58,715 bases of DNA from a virus. Lineage: Duplodnaviria; Caudoviricetes. A model generated the notes under the pieces. The model worked only from the letters and a program-made list of their open reading frames with translations. It did not search any database and was not told the origin of the DNA. Shown piece after piece: positions 26,601 through 35,131 of this stretch; the first letter of the stretch is position 1; each line of letters begins with the position of its first letter. Location: positions 1-58,715 of the IMG/VR virus record IMGVR_UViG_3300032561_000025, one strand, 5' to 3'. Position numbers and translations under genes: made by a program.

Positions 26601-29600
26601 GGCGTCCATGACATCCCCGAACCCACCAGCATTTTCATCCATGCGAACCGGCATGATGACAGACGCCATTCTGTCCCCATCCGTCAAGACCATCGCCTTG
26701 TCCTCAGGCCCAATGTAAAGCCTAGGGTTGTTCGTACCCATTCCGCGTGCCTGCTCCAATCCGTCCCGCAGAAAGTCGGAATTGATCGAGAAGATCGGCT
26801 TGCTGCCCTTCGCTATTCCCGGAGCGGAGTATTCACCCGTCTCCAAATTTTGTACCCCGATAGCCAGCTTGCCGTTACCGATGTCGTAAATTCCGACCGC
26901 ATTGTGCTTTTCATCCAGCATCGCTGCGGCCCGGTCGATCTGCTTGATCAGATCCTCGGCATCCACCTTGTACGGCTTGTACGGACCCGTGTCCCGCTTG
27001 ATCGTGACACCATTCTTCCCAACGTCCATGACTTCCTTCGGGACAACCTCCCTCCAGTTCGGATATTTACCACCGTCCTTGTTCTTGGCGATGTCTGCAA
27101 TGTCCCTGCCCTTACCGCCGATAGCAAACGTCAAGCGGCGTCCATCTGTGGCAACCGTGAACGGTCCATCCTGTGCGACCTGATTCAGGACGTAGCGCGT
27201 TGAATCTGTGCTCTGCGAAAGGGCTACCGTTTTCGTGATACTTTCCGCCGTGGGGTTATCGTTTAAACGTGCTACCCCCTTGGGATTCGGAGCTTCCCTT
27301 CCTCCGAGTTCCTTTCCGAACGGAGGCTGAACGGTGACCCTTTCAGATTCCCTCGGATCGAACGGGAGCGTGAAGGACTTCCCGAAACGCTTGTTGATGA
27401 TGTCCCTGAAATTGGTGAGCGCAGCCTTGGAGTTTACGACCGAATAGGACCCGTCATCGGGAACATGGATGACAACCTTTCCCGCCGGTTCATCCGGAGC
27501 CTTGTCGATTAGTTGACCCAGAGCATCGTTGATGAATGCCTTCTGCGCCCCGAACTGCTTCTTGTCCACCAGACGCGAGACTGACTTCTCGCCGACTTCC
27601 GTGGTCTTGGCCTCAACCCCACCGTCCGGGGTTGTCTCGACATGGGCCGGTGCCTTCTCCTCGGGTGCTCCCTCGACCTCGACCGGGATGGGCTTTGCAG
27701 GCGTGCCTTCCGGTTTAAATTCACCAGCCGCTTCCTTCATCCCAGAGCGCAGCGCAACCCGGATCTGAGCAGCCACATCATCCGCAACCGACTTTTTGTT
27801 CTCAGAAATCTTTAGGATGTCGGCTAGATTGTCGTTGGAAATCAGCCCGTCCTGACCGTACTTCCGGGCCAGTTGCGCCATCTGCCAGCTAGTGACGTTC
27901 TCCGCTGCGGACCGCTCATCGACTTCGCCCAGTGCCTTCTGATATTGTTCGGCGGTTGGCGCGGGCTTTTCAATCCCCGGTGCCTCTTCCTCGTCAATGC
28001 TGACAGGAATCGTGGGAGGTTCCGCTTTCGGTGCTGCCTTCTCCGGAACAGGAGCGGGTGCCGCTTCGGCGGGTGCCGGGGCTTGGGGTGCTTCGGATGC
28101 TGGCGCAGCAGGCGCAGGGACAGCGGCGGGGGAGGGAACTGGAGCGGGGGCTTTCTGCGCGTTTTCCGCATTCGCCCGCAAGCTCATCTTGAGTTCGTTC
28201 CCAAGATCCTCAGGACCCATGTCCTTGTCCTTTGCCATGCGCTGAACCTCTGCAAGTCCGCGATCCGTGATCAGCCCGTTCTTCAACGCCTTGCGTGCCA
28301 ATGATATGATCTTGGACTTCTTAACCTCAGGATCGATCAAAGCGTTATCGACTTCTTCCTGTGCGGCATCGTGCGGGGACTGCTTCGCCTCAGGCTCCGC
28401 TTCGCCTTCCTTGGGCTTAACAATCTCCAGCAACTGATCCTGATATTCCTGACGGGTCAGTTCGTGCGCCCGCAACTGCTCCTTCATGTAGTCGAGCCGG
28501 TCGGGATCTGACGCCTTCAGCTTGGCCTCTGCCTCACGGATCATTGCGGGGGTCGGCCTTGGCGTTTCTGTGGCCGCTGCGGCTGGAACGGGCTCCTCGG
28601 CACCCTTGGGTACTGCCGGGGGACTGGTGGGCTTAAAAGCGGGTTTCTGGGCCGATGCGGGGGTTTCCTGCGCCGGGGTAGGCGGGACCTCATAACCGGC
28701 CCGCTCCAACTGTTGCGCGGTGACCGTCTGGCCCTTTGTCCCTCCAAGGATGTCTTCGTTTAAACGGTAAACCGGCTTTTCGCCATCGGCTCCAAAGGAC
28801 ATCGTTCCGGCGTAAACCGCAGGGGCGGTCTTGCGCGGGGCGGCGGGTCCGGTCGTGGGACGCTCGCTGGTCGCCGCAGGGGAAGTCGGGCCAGCCGGTG
28901 TGGTGGATTCTGCCGGGGGAGTCGGCGCGGTCGATTCACCGGCCTGCATCTTTTCCACCTTCTCCTGATCGTTCGGGAAGCTGGCGGGAACCGTTCCCTG
29001 CGGAAGCCCCGGCTGCTCAAGACTGGGTTTCTGAGACTGCTCGATCTTTTGCTCCAGTGCCGCCCGCTGCTTTTCCTGATCGGCTTGTGGTCCGGTCATC
29101 TTCCCCTCTTCCGCTCCGGGAACCATTGCCTCCCCCTCGCGCTGGGTCTTCAGCGCATTCTGCCACCACTCGATATAGGAGTCCCTTGCCTTGGCCGCGT
29201 CCTCGTCGGTTTTCGCGGCCTTGTCGAGCATATCGATGGCATCCACCGGATGCTTCCCCTCAATTGTCTTTGCGATGTCGGGAGGAACGTCGAGCGGGGA
29301 CATGGCGTGCGCTGCCGCTGCGGCGGCTCCGGTCAGGCCAAACAGCACGCTGCCCACCGCAGCGATCTTGTCGGCAAGCGTTGACTTCGGATTCTTAAAC
29401 ACCCCAACCACCTCCGGAATCTGGTCGAGAGCACCCTTCGCCATCTGCACGCCAAACCCACCGGAAATGATGTGTGACAGGAGCGGGGAAATTCCTGCGG
29501 CCCCAGAGGAGGCAAGCATCAATGCCGCGTTCTCCGGAGTCGCCATGCTCTGTGCGAAGTCGCCACCCGCACGGGCCATGCCCTCCGCTACTCCACCCTT

Positions 29601-30179
29601 CGGAGCGGCGGGGAATATGTCTCCGGGGTGTTCAGGCAGGGGAAGGAAATTGCGACCTCCGTCACCCGGCTTCTTGTCGTAACTCTGCTTGATCCAGCGT
29701 GCAACCGGAGCAAGCGGGAGCGGAACTGGCAATCCGGGGGCCACCATCGCGCCCTTCGAATAACTCTGGATTATCCGAGCCGCAACGTCTTCAGCCGGTT
29801 CCTTTACCGAATCCGGAATGCCTTTTGTGTTTCGATTCTTGAGCAGCGGATCCTGATCCAAAACTCCCTCAAGCGCGGTTCCCGTGGCCGAAAGAAGTTT
29901 GCCCGCCGTGCTTCGTTTAAACTCGTCAGTGATGCGCCCCAAGGCTCCTCGTCCACGGTAATTGTTCTCGTCGGGCTGCGCGGGTTCCTCCTGTTCAGGC
30001 TGGGGGCCAAGAAGGTCGGTGACACTTTGACCACCTTCCGGTCGCGGGGGCGGTCCAAGCAAATCATTGACGGACTGCTGCTGACGCTGCGCCGCAGACG
30101 GATCCGTACCCAATAGGTCGGCGACCGTCTTCCCTGCGGCGGTTTGGTCCGGGCCGAGGAGATCAGCGACGGTTGCCAT
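23640..30179 (-). CDS. Large internal virion / DNA-ejection protein (polyvalent type)
   Basis: 2179 aa, last of three genes after the tailspike. TVADLLG N-terminal repeats, Pro/Ala linkers, hydrophobic hairpins and an embedded beta-clamp-like segment. Confidence 0.75.
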   Translation of the reverse strand: MATVADLLGPDQTAAGKTVADLLGTDPSAAQRQQQSVNDLLGPPPRPEGGQSVTDLLGPQPEQEEPAQPDENNYRGRGALGRITDEFKRSTAGKLLSATGTALEGVLDQDPLLKNRNTKGIPDSVKEPAEDVAARIIQSYSKGAMVAPGLPVPLPLAPVARWIKQSYDKKPGDGGRNFLPLPEHPGDIFPAAPKGGVAEGMARAGGDFAQSMATPENAALMLASSGAAGISPLLSHIISGGFGVQMAKGALDQIPEVVGVFKNPKSTLADKIAAVGSVLFGLTGAAAAAAHAMSPLDVPPDIAKTIEGKHPVDAIDMLDKAAKTDEDAAKARDSYIEWWQNALKTQREGEAMVPGAEEGKMTGPQADQEKQRAALEQKIEQSQKPSLEQPGLPQGTVPASFPNDQEKVEKMQAGESTAPTPPAESTTPAGPTSPAATSERPTTGPAAPRKTAPAVYAGTMSFGADGEKPVYRLNEDILGGTKGQTVTAQQLERAGYEVPPTPAQETPASAQKPAFKPTSPPAVPKGAEEPVPAAAATETPRPTPAMIREAEAKLKASDPDRLDYMKEQLRAHELTRQEYQDQLLEIVKPKEGEAEPEAKQSPHDAAQEEVDNALIDPEVKKSKIISLARKALKNGLITDRGLAEVQRMAKDKDMGPEDLGNELKMSLRANAENAQKAPAPVPSPAAVPAPAAPASEAPQAPAPAEAAPAPVPEKAAPKAEPPTIPVSIDEEEAPGIEKPAPTAEQYQKALGEVDERSAAENVTSWQMAQLARKYGQDGLISNDNLADILKISENKKSVADDVAAQIRVALRSGMKEAAGEFKPEGTPAKPIPVEVEGAPEEKAPAHVETTPDGGVEAKTTEVGEKSVSRLVDKKQFGAQKAFINDALGQLIDKAPDEPAGKVVIHVPDDGSYSVVNSKAALTNFRDIINKRFGKSFTLPFDPRESERVTVQPPFGKELGGREAPNPKGVARLNDNPTAESITKTVALSQSTDSTRYVLNQVAQDGPFTVATDGRRLTFAIGGKGRDIADIAKNKDGGKYPNWREVVPKEVMDVGKNGVTIKRDTGPYKPYKVDAEDLIKQIDRAAAMLDEKHNAVGIYDIGNGKLAIGVQNLETGEYSAPGIAKGSKPIFSINSDFLRDGLEQARGMGTNNPRLYIGPEDKAMVLTDGDRMASVIMPVRMDENAGGFGDVMDAAESAAQKERLKRESELEKLPPDKAADPNTAGFIDARILKYSPMLLAGASGASYGWYHTDSDDPEVKLRNALGYGAAAAMLTGGGIFALSHPGGTANAFRYLRYAITKDGIPHIRAADENAANGAFRLVGARQLGYMQGASEAIKNLGTHWDDPDFDRLIGSVTVHEMQLAKLDQLYQQRDAARATIDDPKADAETKKMAREDLKRVEAQIPRVKPVFDMPGTAIHTQEEFDAALKNPEVQAVLEKHKAGIQQIAEERQRLLGGKIAALGPNTGVFVNTEALLRDMDAEKGGFPNTGETAGMRRGNLLNPRRQGSSTNMERAGTAEGYDLSYKNQVAKMASANAERAAKVEYYNRLQDAGLATTEPDPEDMGNWKREETHPYLARGEPLYIRKDIWSEHRHLMQTDSPLDSNGWLMFAKAMNTVQLKSITDPTFHVANIEATIARSLGRNSPWDIASRIPGVNIADANIRLMKRLRDVCANDPELLGKLNRLPGFKQLSSMQDPITMGEVADKLTHMAETGALRATHPGIIQAIDRAGRLVMDDLYDNLVDQGLAKDSEASRRDFINQIGQYDTRLMGRVKQFAKEAGVAPFIVAGQNFNRGAVRALVGAPGVEAASGSAMAKMMASNLAGTLVSTIAVPLTLNYLLSGKIMGPPGTPVGAIGWTDKEGTLHYVDPLKWTNLRRGMRITGLNSVVNGLKDGYDPNHIAGESMTDIIGGMTQPWCGPAVNAASVMISGHTVNGYRVADIANPLDRTNFPTGAQFGENAKAALGTIQPQIAAYMQGSARVRPGQSPTASGAANIAKSLGKAVGYSESSSPVDEFKGASSSALWNQQQARDAEGKKIQTLASRWNSDMTADEATETLSKMTEPQIKRLLKDVTGEVEGLTGSDRNIRNMTEENGDRARFLLTLINRAPDKAEEIVAHGIKVKTITDSVANQIQGFQMAEEVAAMPHAKREEYIQNLIREKKLSDDVAAPMLEELKRRGEI

Positions 30180-30183
30180 CGCG

Positions 30184-31449
30184 TTAGTCTCCTACATTGA
30201 ACCGCTTTTTGAGGACTGCGGCGGCTTGATCCCAAGTGATCTTTTTGGCCTTGTAATCGGCAACGACCTGATCGGTGGACTTGTAATTCGCGCCGAAGTC
30301 GGTGAGCCCTCCCTCTTCTTTGGCTGGGGCAGAAGTCTGCGGGAGAGGCTGGGCAGGCGAGGCTGGGTTCGGAGGAGGATTGCTGAATGTTCCCGTCCTT
30401 GAACTCGGTCCGTTTCCGGGGGCCGTTCCGCTGCCGCCCTGCGTTCCTGTGGCAGGCTGCGCGTTTCCGGCACCATTTTTCTTGGCCTGAATCGCGGCGA
30501 GCAGGGTATCTGTCGCCGAAGTCTTGGGCTGACCGGAAATCTTCACGGACGCCTGCCGTTTCTGAAGGGCATCAAGTTGCGCCTGCGCCTTCGCATATTC
30601 AGGGCTGTTCTGATCCATGCCCTCCATTGAGGTCGCAAGCTCGTCGATCTGCGCCTGATTCTGACGCCACTCAGACTGTGCAGGGGGCTTGGTGTTCTTC
30701 GGAGCCCCCGGAGCCGTGGCAGATGCGGCATTGATCAAACCCTGCGCCGTTGAATACTCAAGGGCCGCTTTCGTCTTTTCCTCCTGAGAAGCGTTCGGAT
30801 CCATGATGACCCCCATCGCGGCGTCCATGCGATTTTGGGCATTGTTCTGCCAAACGCTTCTCCCCGTCCGCTCGATCTTCTCGGTCGGAGCACCGAAAGG
30901 AACCGCCTCGCCCTTCTCATTAACTGCGGTGGGCTGTTCCGTCGAAGTCGTGATTCCCGGCGTCTTCGGGTTCTCGGGATTGATCGTCACACGCGATCCA
31001 ATCGGGGCGAGAGTGTTCGTAACATCTGAGGCGATATTGCGATTAATGACCTGACCGGTATTCGGATCCCTGATAGGAATCCCGGTCTGGACATTCAACG
31101 AAGTCGTTCCGGTATCCAGATTTCGGCTAGGCGTTGACGTTCTGCTTTCCGGAAGCTGACCGTTGTGGGTCGCCGCGTAAACCTTCAACTCTGGGGAAAG
31201 TTGATTGATCGCATTCCTTGCATCGGCTTCTGCCTGACGCCGCGCAACTTCTCCTGCGACCGCCGCAGCGACCGCTCGCGGATCGATGGTGGGCGCAGCT
31301 TCAGCACCCGCCTTCTGCGTGGCGATCTTCTGCTGCGCCAGTGCCTGCTTCTGAATCGCGTCCTGTATAAACGCCTGTTCAGCCTCGTTGCCCATCTTCG
31401 CCGTGTCGAAGAAGCCTGCGTCCCCTAGTGATACAAAGTTGCCGGGCAT
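30184..31449 (-). CDS. Internal virion / ejection protein
   Basis: Ala/Gln/Pro-rich helical protein between the pilot and the large ejection protein. Confidence 0.6.
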   Translation of the reverse strand: MPGNFVSLGDAGFFDTAKMGNEAEQAFIQDAIQKQALAQQKIATQKAGAEAAPTIDPRAVAAAVAGEVARRQAEADARNAINQLSPELKVYAATHNGQLPESRTSTPSRNLDTGTTSLNVQTGIPIRDPNTGQVINRNIASDVTNTLAPIGSRVTINPENPKTPGITTSTEQPTAVNEKGEAVPFGAPTEKIERTGRSVWQNNAQNRMDAAMGVIMDPNASQEEKTKAALEYSTAQGLINAASATAPGAPKNTKPPAQSEWRQNQAQIDELATSMEGMDQNSPEYAKAQAQLDALQKRQASVKISGQPKTSATDTLLAAIQAKKNGAGNAQPATGTQGGSGTAPGNGPSSRTGTFSNPPPNPASPAQPLPQTSAPAKEEGGLTDFGANYKSTDQVVADYKAKKITWDQAAAVLKKRFNVGD

Positions 31450-31463
31450 GGTAGTTTAAATTC

Positions 31464-32261
31464 CTAGAACGCGAGAAGGTCTGGAAGGAATGAACTTAAC
31501 ATATCGGCGATGCCTCCACCAGCAGCAGACATTAACCCTGCCGTTCCTCCCGTGCCTCCGAGCAAATTGTAGATGCTTCCCGCACCTGTAAGCCCTCCGA
31601 GGATAGACTGAAGTTGGTTCGGCTGCTGAACCATCGTCGGATATCCGATTGTTGCTCCACCGGCAAGTTGCTGTGTGACCCCAGCCTGAGACTGGTACGG
31701 GGCGTACAGCGCATTGTTCACTCCGGACAGGTAGCTCAAGGGCTGGCTCACCGCACCCGAGATGATGCCCGGTGCGTTCTGCTGCTGCTGCCGCTCAAAC
31801 TCCTCGTTCTGGGTGAGGATCTGGCCGCGTGACAACGCGCCCTTCTGGGCCGCAGAGGCAATGTCGGCGTCCGTCGCCTGCTGGTTGGCCGTAGAGAATC
31901 CCATTCCCGCCCGAGACATTTGCGCCCTCTGGCGTGCCGCAGCGTCCTGCCCGGCTCCCAACTGGCTCTGATACGCCTGATTTGCGTAGTTGGAAACCAG
32001 CGGGCTCTGAAGGTAATTCCCGTTCAGTTCGTTTAAACCGTAGTTGTAAATCGAACCGAAGGCCGGATTGTTCGCTGCTCCCTGAAGGCGATTGGCAAAT
32101 GCGTTTGCCGAGTTCGTCGCGTTGCTGAGTCCCCCGTTGTTCAATGCGTCGAAGATCGACTGCATCGAAGTGATCGCACCCGTGTTCGGGGTGTTGCCCT
32201 GACCGTACATATTGTATACGGAGGGCTGAACGGTCGAGTAATTGGTCCCTAGGAAACTCAT
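31464..32261 (-). CDS. Internal virion / DNA pilot protein
   Basis: Gln/Asn/Ala/Gly-rich with a Gly-rich hydrophobic C-terminus, typical of podovirus ejection proteins; ATG at 32261. Confidence 0.65.
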   Translation of the reverse strand: MSFLGTNYSTVQPSVYNMYGQGNTPNTGAITSMQSIFDALNNGGLSNATNSANAFANRLQGAANNPAFGSIYNYGLNELNGNYLQSPLVSNYANQAYQSQLGAGQDAAARQRAQMSRAGMGFSTANQQATDADIASAAQKGALSRGQILTQNEEFERQQQQNAPGIISGAVSQPLSYLSGVNNALYAPYQSQAGVTQQLAGGATIGYPTMVQQPNQLQSILGGLTGAGSIYNLLGGTGGTAGLMSAAGGGIADMLSSFLPDLLAF

Positions 32262-32347
32262 GTGCCGGGCTTGAGTTTCTTGACAAAACTTTCCTACAGG
32301 CAACAAGAAACGTCCTTTCGGACATTTCTAATTTGGAAAGAAACGCG

Positions 32348-35131
32348 CTAGGTTGCGACTGTGATGATCGCCTGATAAAATCCGGTCACGGTCCCGCCGC
32401 TGACGTTGCGAAGCGTCAGCTTCATCTGGTAGGCATCCGTTGCCGTGTCATCGACAATCGACTCGCAGATCACCCCGATGGCAGAGGTTGTGTTGACGCG
32501 GAACAGATTGCTCTTCCCGTCCAGCAAAGCCGAGTACGCATAGCAGACCTGAGTCGCCCCTGCTGCCATTCCTGACAGGGATATGTAAACCCCTAAAGTA
32601 TTGTTGTATCCTGCGTTGGCCCATTCTCCAGACGGGGATCCGGGGGTTGTCGGCATTGCGAGTCCTGCCGGCAATCCAAAAGACCCCACCGTGCCAAGGG
32701 AGATGATCTGGTTGAACCCAGAACCGGATGCGAAGGTGAATCGCGTGTAAGCCCCCGGAATGTCCGCTATGGCAAATTCGAACGTGCATCCGACGAAGTA
32801 TCCGTAAACGTAGCACGACGAATCGACGCACCCGCCAAACCACCCAGTGACCTTGAATACGTTCCTAGCAACAAAATATGGAGACTGGTTGAAAAACGCC
32901 TTCGCCCCAACGATGTTGTTTACATCGATGGCTATGAAATCCCAGATGTTTCCATCCCAAGAAACATTGGCTACGTTGTCGAACGAGACAGCATTATATC
33001 CCGTGTCGAAAAAGTTGCAGTGAAGCTCATTCCCCTGAAATACACATCCAGAACTTCCGTCCGAGGTGACAAGGGCTCCGATGGCGCAGTTTGAGATGTG
33101 CTGAACGAAAACCTTTGTGTCCAGAACCTCCTTGCCACCCGAAGCGTCCATCAAATACTTGACGGCGATGTGGCTTGTGGTGATCTCCTGAAGATCGAAA
33201 TTCCACACACCGCAGTTCCGTATCGTGATTCCGGCCCCTGAGGAAAAGCCGTGGATTCTCGGAAGGGTTGATTTTGCGATCCCGTTTCCGGAAAACAGAA
33301 AGGCATCTGTCGCCCCGGTTCCTGCGGTCAACGTCGAGTTCGGAGAAGCACTGATGGGTGTTCCGTAAAGCACCGTGATCACGCGGCTGGATCGAGTCGT
33401 GTAGGCTCCGTCCATTGCTATGATCTGCGTCGGATTCGCAGAGGTCCCCGTGCTGTTAATCGCCGCCTGAATTGAGAGGGAATCGTCGCCTCCGAGCCCC
33501 GCTCCGAACCATTCGACCGGGATCAGCGATGTCGCGGCTCCGATCTGGATTGTGTTTAAAATATACGAGCCGCTGAAAATCTGCTTTTTCGGGGCTTTGA
33601 TCGTTCCCGAGAAGGTGATTGTCTGACCGCTCTCTGGTTGGATCATGCCCTGAATCACAACTGGACTCGCAATGGTCAGGGCGGTTGCAACGTAGAATGT
33701 CCCGTATGGAAAAACAACTGTGCCTCCAACCGCTGCCGCAGCGGTGTCTGCCGCAGCAATCGCTGCACGGTCGTTGGTCAATCCGTTTCCGACCGCACCG
33801 TAATCCTTCACGTTGAAGTCATACGGTCCGTACCATCCAGCGTCGTAATTGGTCGCGCTGTTCTTTGCCAGCCGGGCGTACTTCGCGCCACCAGAAGGAA
33901 GACCGCCCCCACCTCCAGCGGGGGTTGACCAGTTTCCAGTTCCGTCCAGATACTTGCTCGCATCATTCGGAAGGACCGGCGCAACGCCAGAGCGGCCTGT
34001 CGAGACGGGCTGCTTGATGTTGTCAAAGGCCGTGGGAGCGTTTGCGACATCGAGCAAATTCTGGGCCTTGGACAGCTTGTAGGTGTCGGCATACGCTTCC
34101 GCTGCCGCAATTGCCGCAGCCTGTGCCGCCGCCGCCGCACCAGAAACATCGAACGAAGCCGCTGACTTTCCGCTATCCTTGATGAGTTTCCCGGTCACTC
34201 CATTATAGGACGCGAAATTGTCAGCTACCGCACCGGCTGGCCCTATGACATCCCCTGTCCCAGCCCCCGAAACGCTGATGGTCACGTTGCCCGTGCCGCC
34301 CGCAGGGCTGATGCTTATCCCAGTACCGGCGATGATTTGGGTAACTCCACCACCACCTCCTCCGGTCCCCAGCCCGCAGAAGCAGAATCCTGCGTTTTGC
34401 GCCCCGTCGAGAACAACGCCAGAGATCGGCGTGACCGTGAAATCAATGTAGCCCGTGTGCGGGGTTACGGTCGTGATCGCAAATATCGAGAACTTCGTCC
34501 CGTTGTTCTCCTCGAAAATCAGGATGTAATTCCCGGCAACAAGCTGACCCATGATTCCGGAAATATCATTCCCGCTTCGATCAAGAGTGCTTGCAAAGAC
34601 ATGGGTGATCGACCCAAAGGTGGCATTGTTGTACGCCACCATTCCTGCGCCGGGAGGGGCCGTGGTCCCGGCAGAAAACACTTGGTGAAGCGTGAACCCT
34701 CCAGCGAGTCCCGTTGTACCCTGAGGTCCCTGAATGTTGACCGCTAGGTTGATGTTGCTCGTCAGCCCGGACTCCGCGATGTAAAGGCCAGCGGCGGGCT
34801 TTGTCGTGCTTCCTCCGGTCCAATCGATGATCAGGGCAACGATCCCCACCCCGGATGGACCGGGGACCAAGGCGATGATTGGGCTCCAGCCATTGCCTCC
34901 AGCCGACACTCCGCTGGAAATGATAACCGGACTGGAAACCGTCGTGGGTGAAGATACGGACGATGCTGCCGGTACTGAAACGGTCAGGTTCTTAAACGCG
35001 AAGGAAACCTCCCTCGCCCATTTTTTAAACGTAGCCTCAACCTTTCCCGCATCACTGGAAGCATCGACTCCTGACGGTGCCGGTGACTCGTCAACCGGGG
35101 GCGAGATAACCGATAGAGTTTCGTCGGCCAT
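32348..35131 (-). CDS. Tailspike with pectate-lyase-3-like beta-helix
   Basis: FNVKDYGAVGNGLTNDRAAI and a second VEWFGA..GGDDS..IQAAIN motif. ATG at 35131 overlaps the upstream stop. Confidence 0.8.
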   Translation of the reverse strand: MADETLSVISPPVDESPAPSGVDASSDAGKVEATFKKWAREVSFAFKNLTVSVPAASSVSSPTTVSSPVIISSGVSAGGNGWSPIIALVPGPSGVGIVALIIDWTGGSTTKPAAGLYIAESGLTSNINLAVNIQGPQGTTGLAGGFTLHQVFSAGTTAPPGAGMVAYNNATFGSITHVFASTLDRSGNDISGIMGQLVAGNYILIFEENNGTKFSIFAITTVTPHTGYIDFTVTPISGVVLDGAQNAGFCFCGLGTGGGGGGVTQIIAGTGISISPAGGTGNVTISVSGAGTGDVIGPAGAVADNFASYNGVTGKLIKDSGKSAASFDVSGAAAAAQAAAIAAAEAYADTYKLSKAQNLLDVANAPTAFDNIKQPVSTGRSGVAPVLPNDASKYLDGTGNWSTPAGGGGGLPSGGAKYARLAKNSATNYDAGWYGPYDFNVKDYGAVGNGLTNDRAAIAAADTAAAAVGGTVVFPYGTFYVATALTIASPVVIQGMIQPESGQTITFSGTIKAPKKQIFSGSYILNTIQIGAATSLIPVEWFGAGLGGDDSLSIQAAINSTGTSANPTQIIAMDGAYTTRSSRVITVLYGTPISASPNSTLTAGTGATDAFLFSGNGIAKSTLPRIHGFSSGAGITIRNCGVWNFDLQEITTSHIAVKYLMDASGGKEVLDTKVFVQHISNCAIGALVTSDGSSGCVFQGNELHCNFFDTGYNAVSFDNVANVSWDGNIWDFIAIDVNNIVGAKAFFNQSPYFVARNVFKVTGWFGGCVDSSCYVYGYFVGCTFEFAIADIPGAYTRFTFASGSGFNQIISLGTVGSFGLPAGLAMPTTPGSPSGEWANAGYNNTLGVYISLSGMAAGATQVCYAYSALLDGKSNLFRVNTTSAIGVICESIVDDTATDAYQMKLTLRNVSGGTVTGFYQAIITVAT

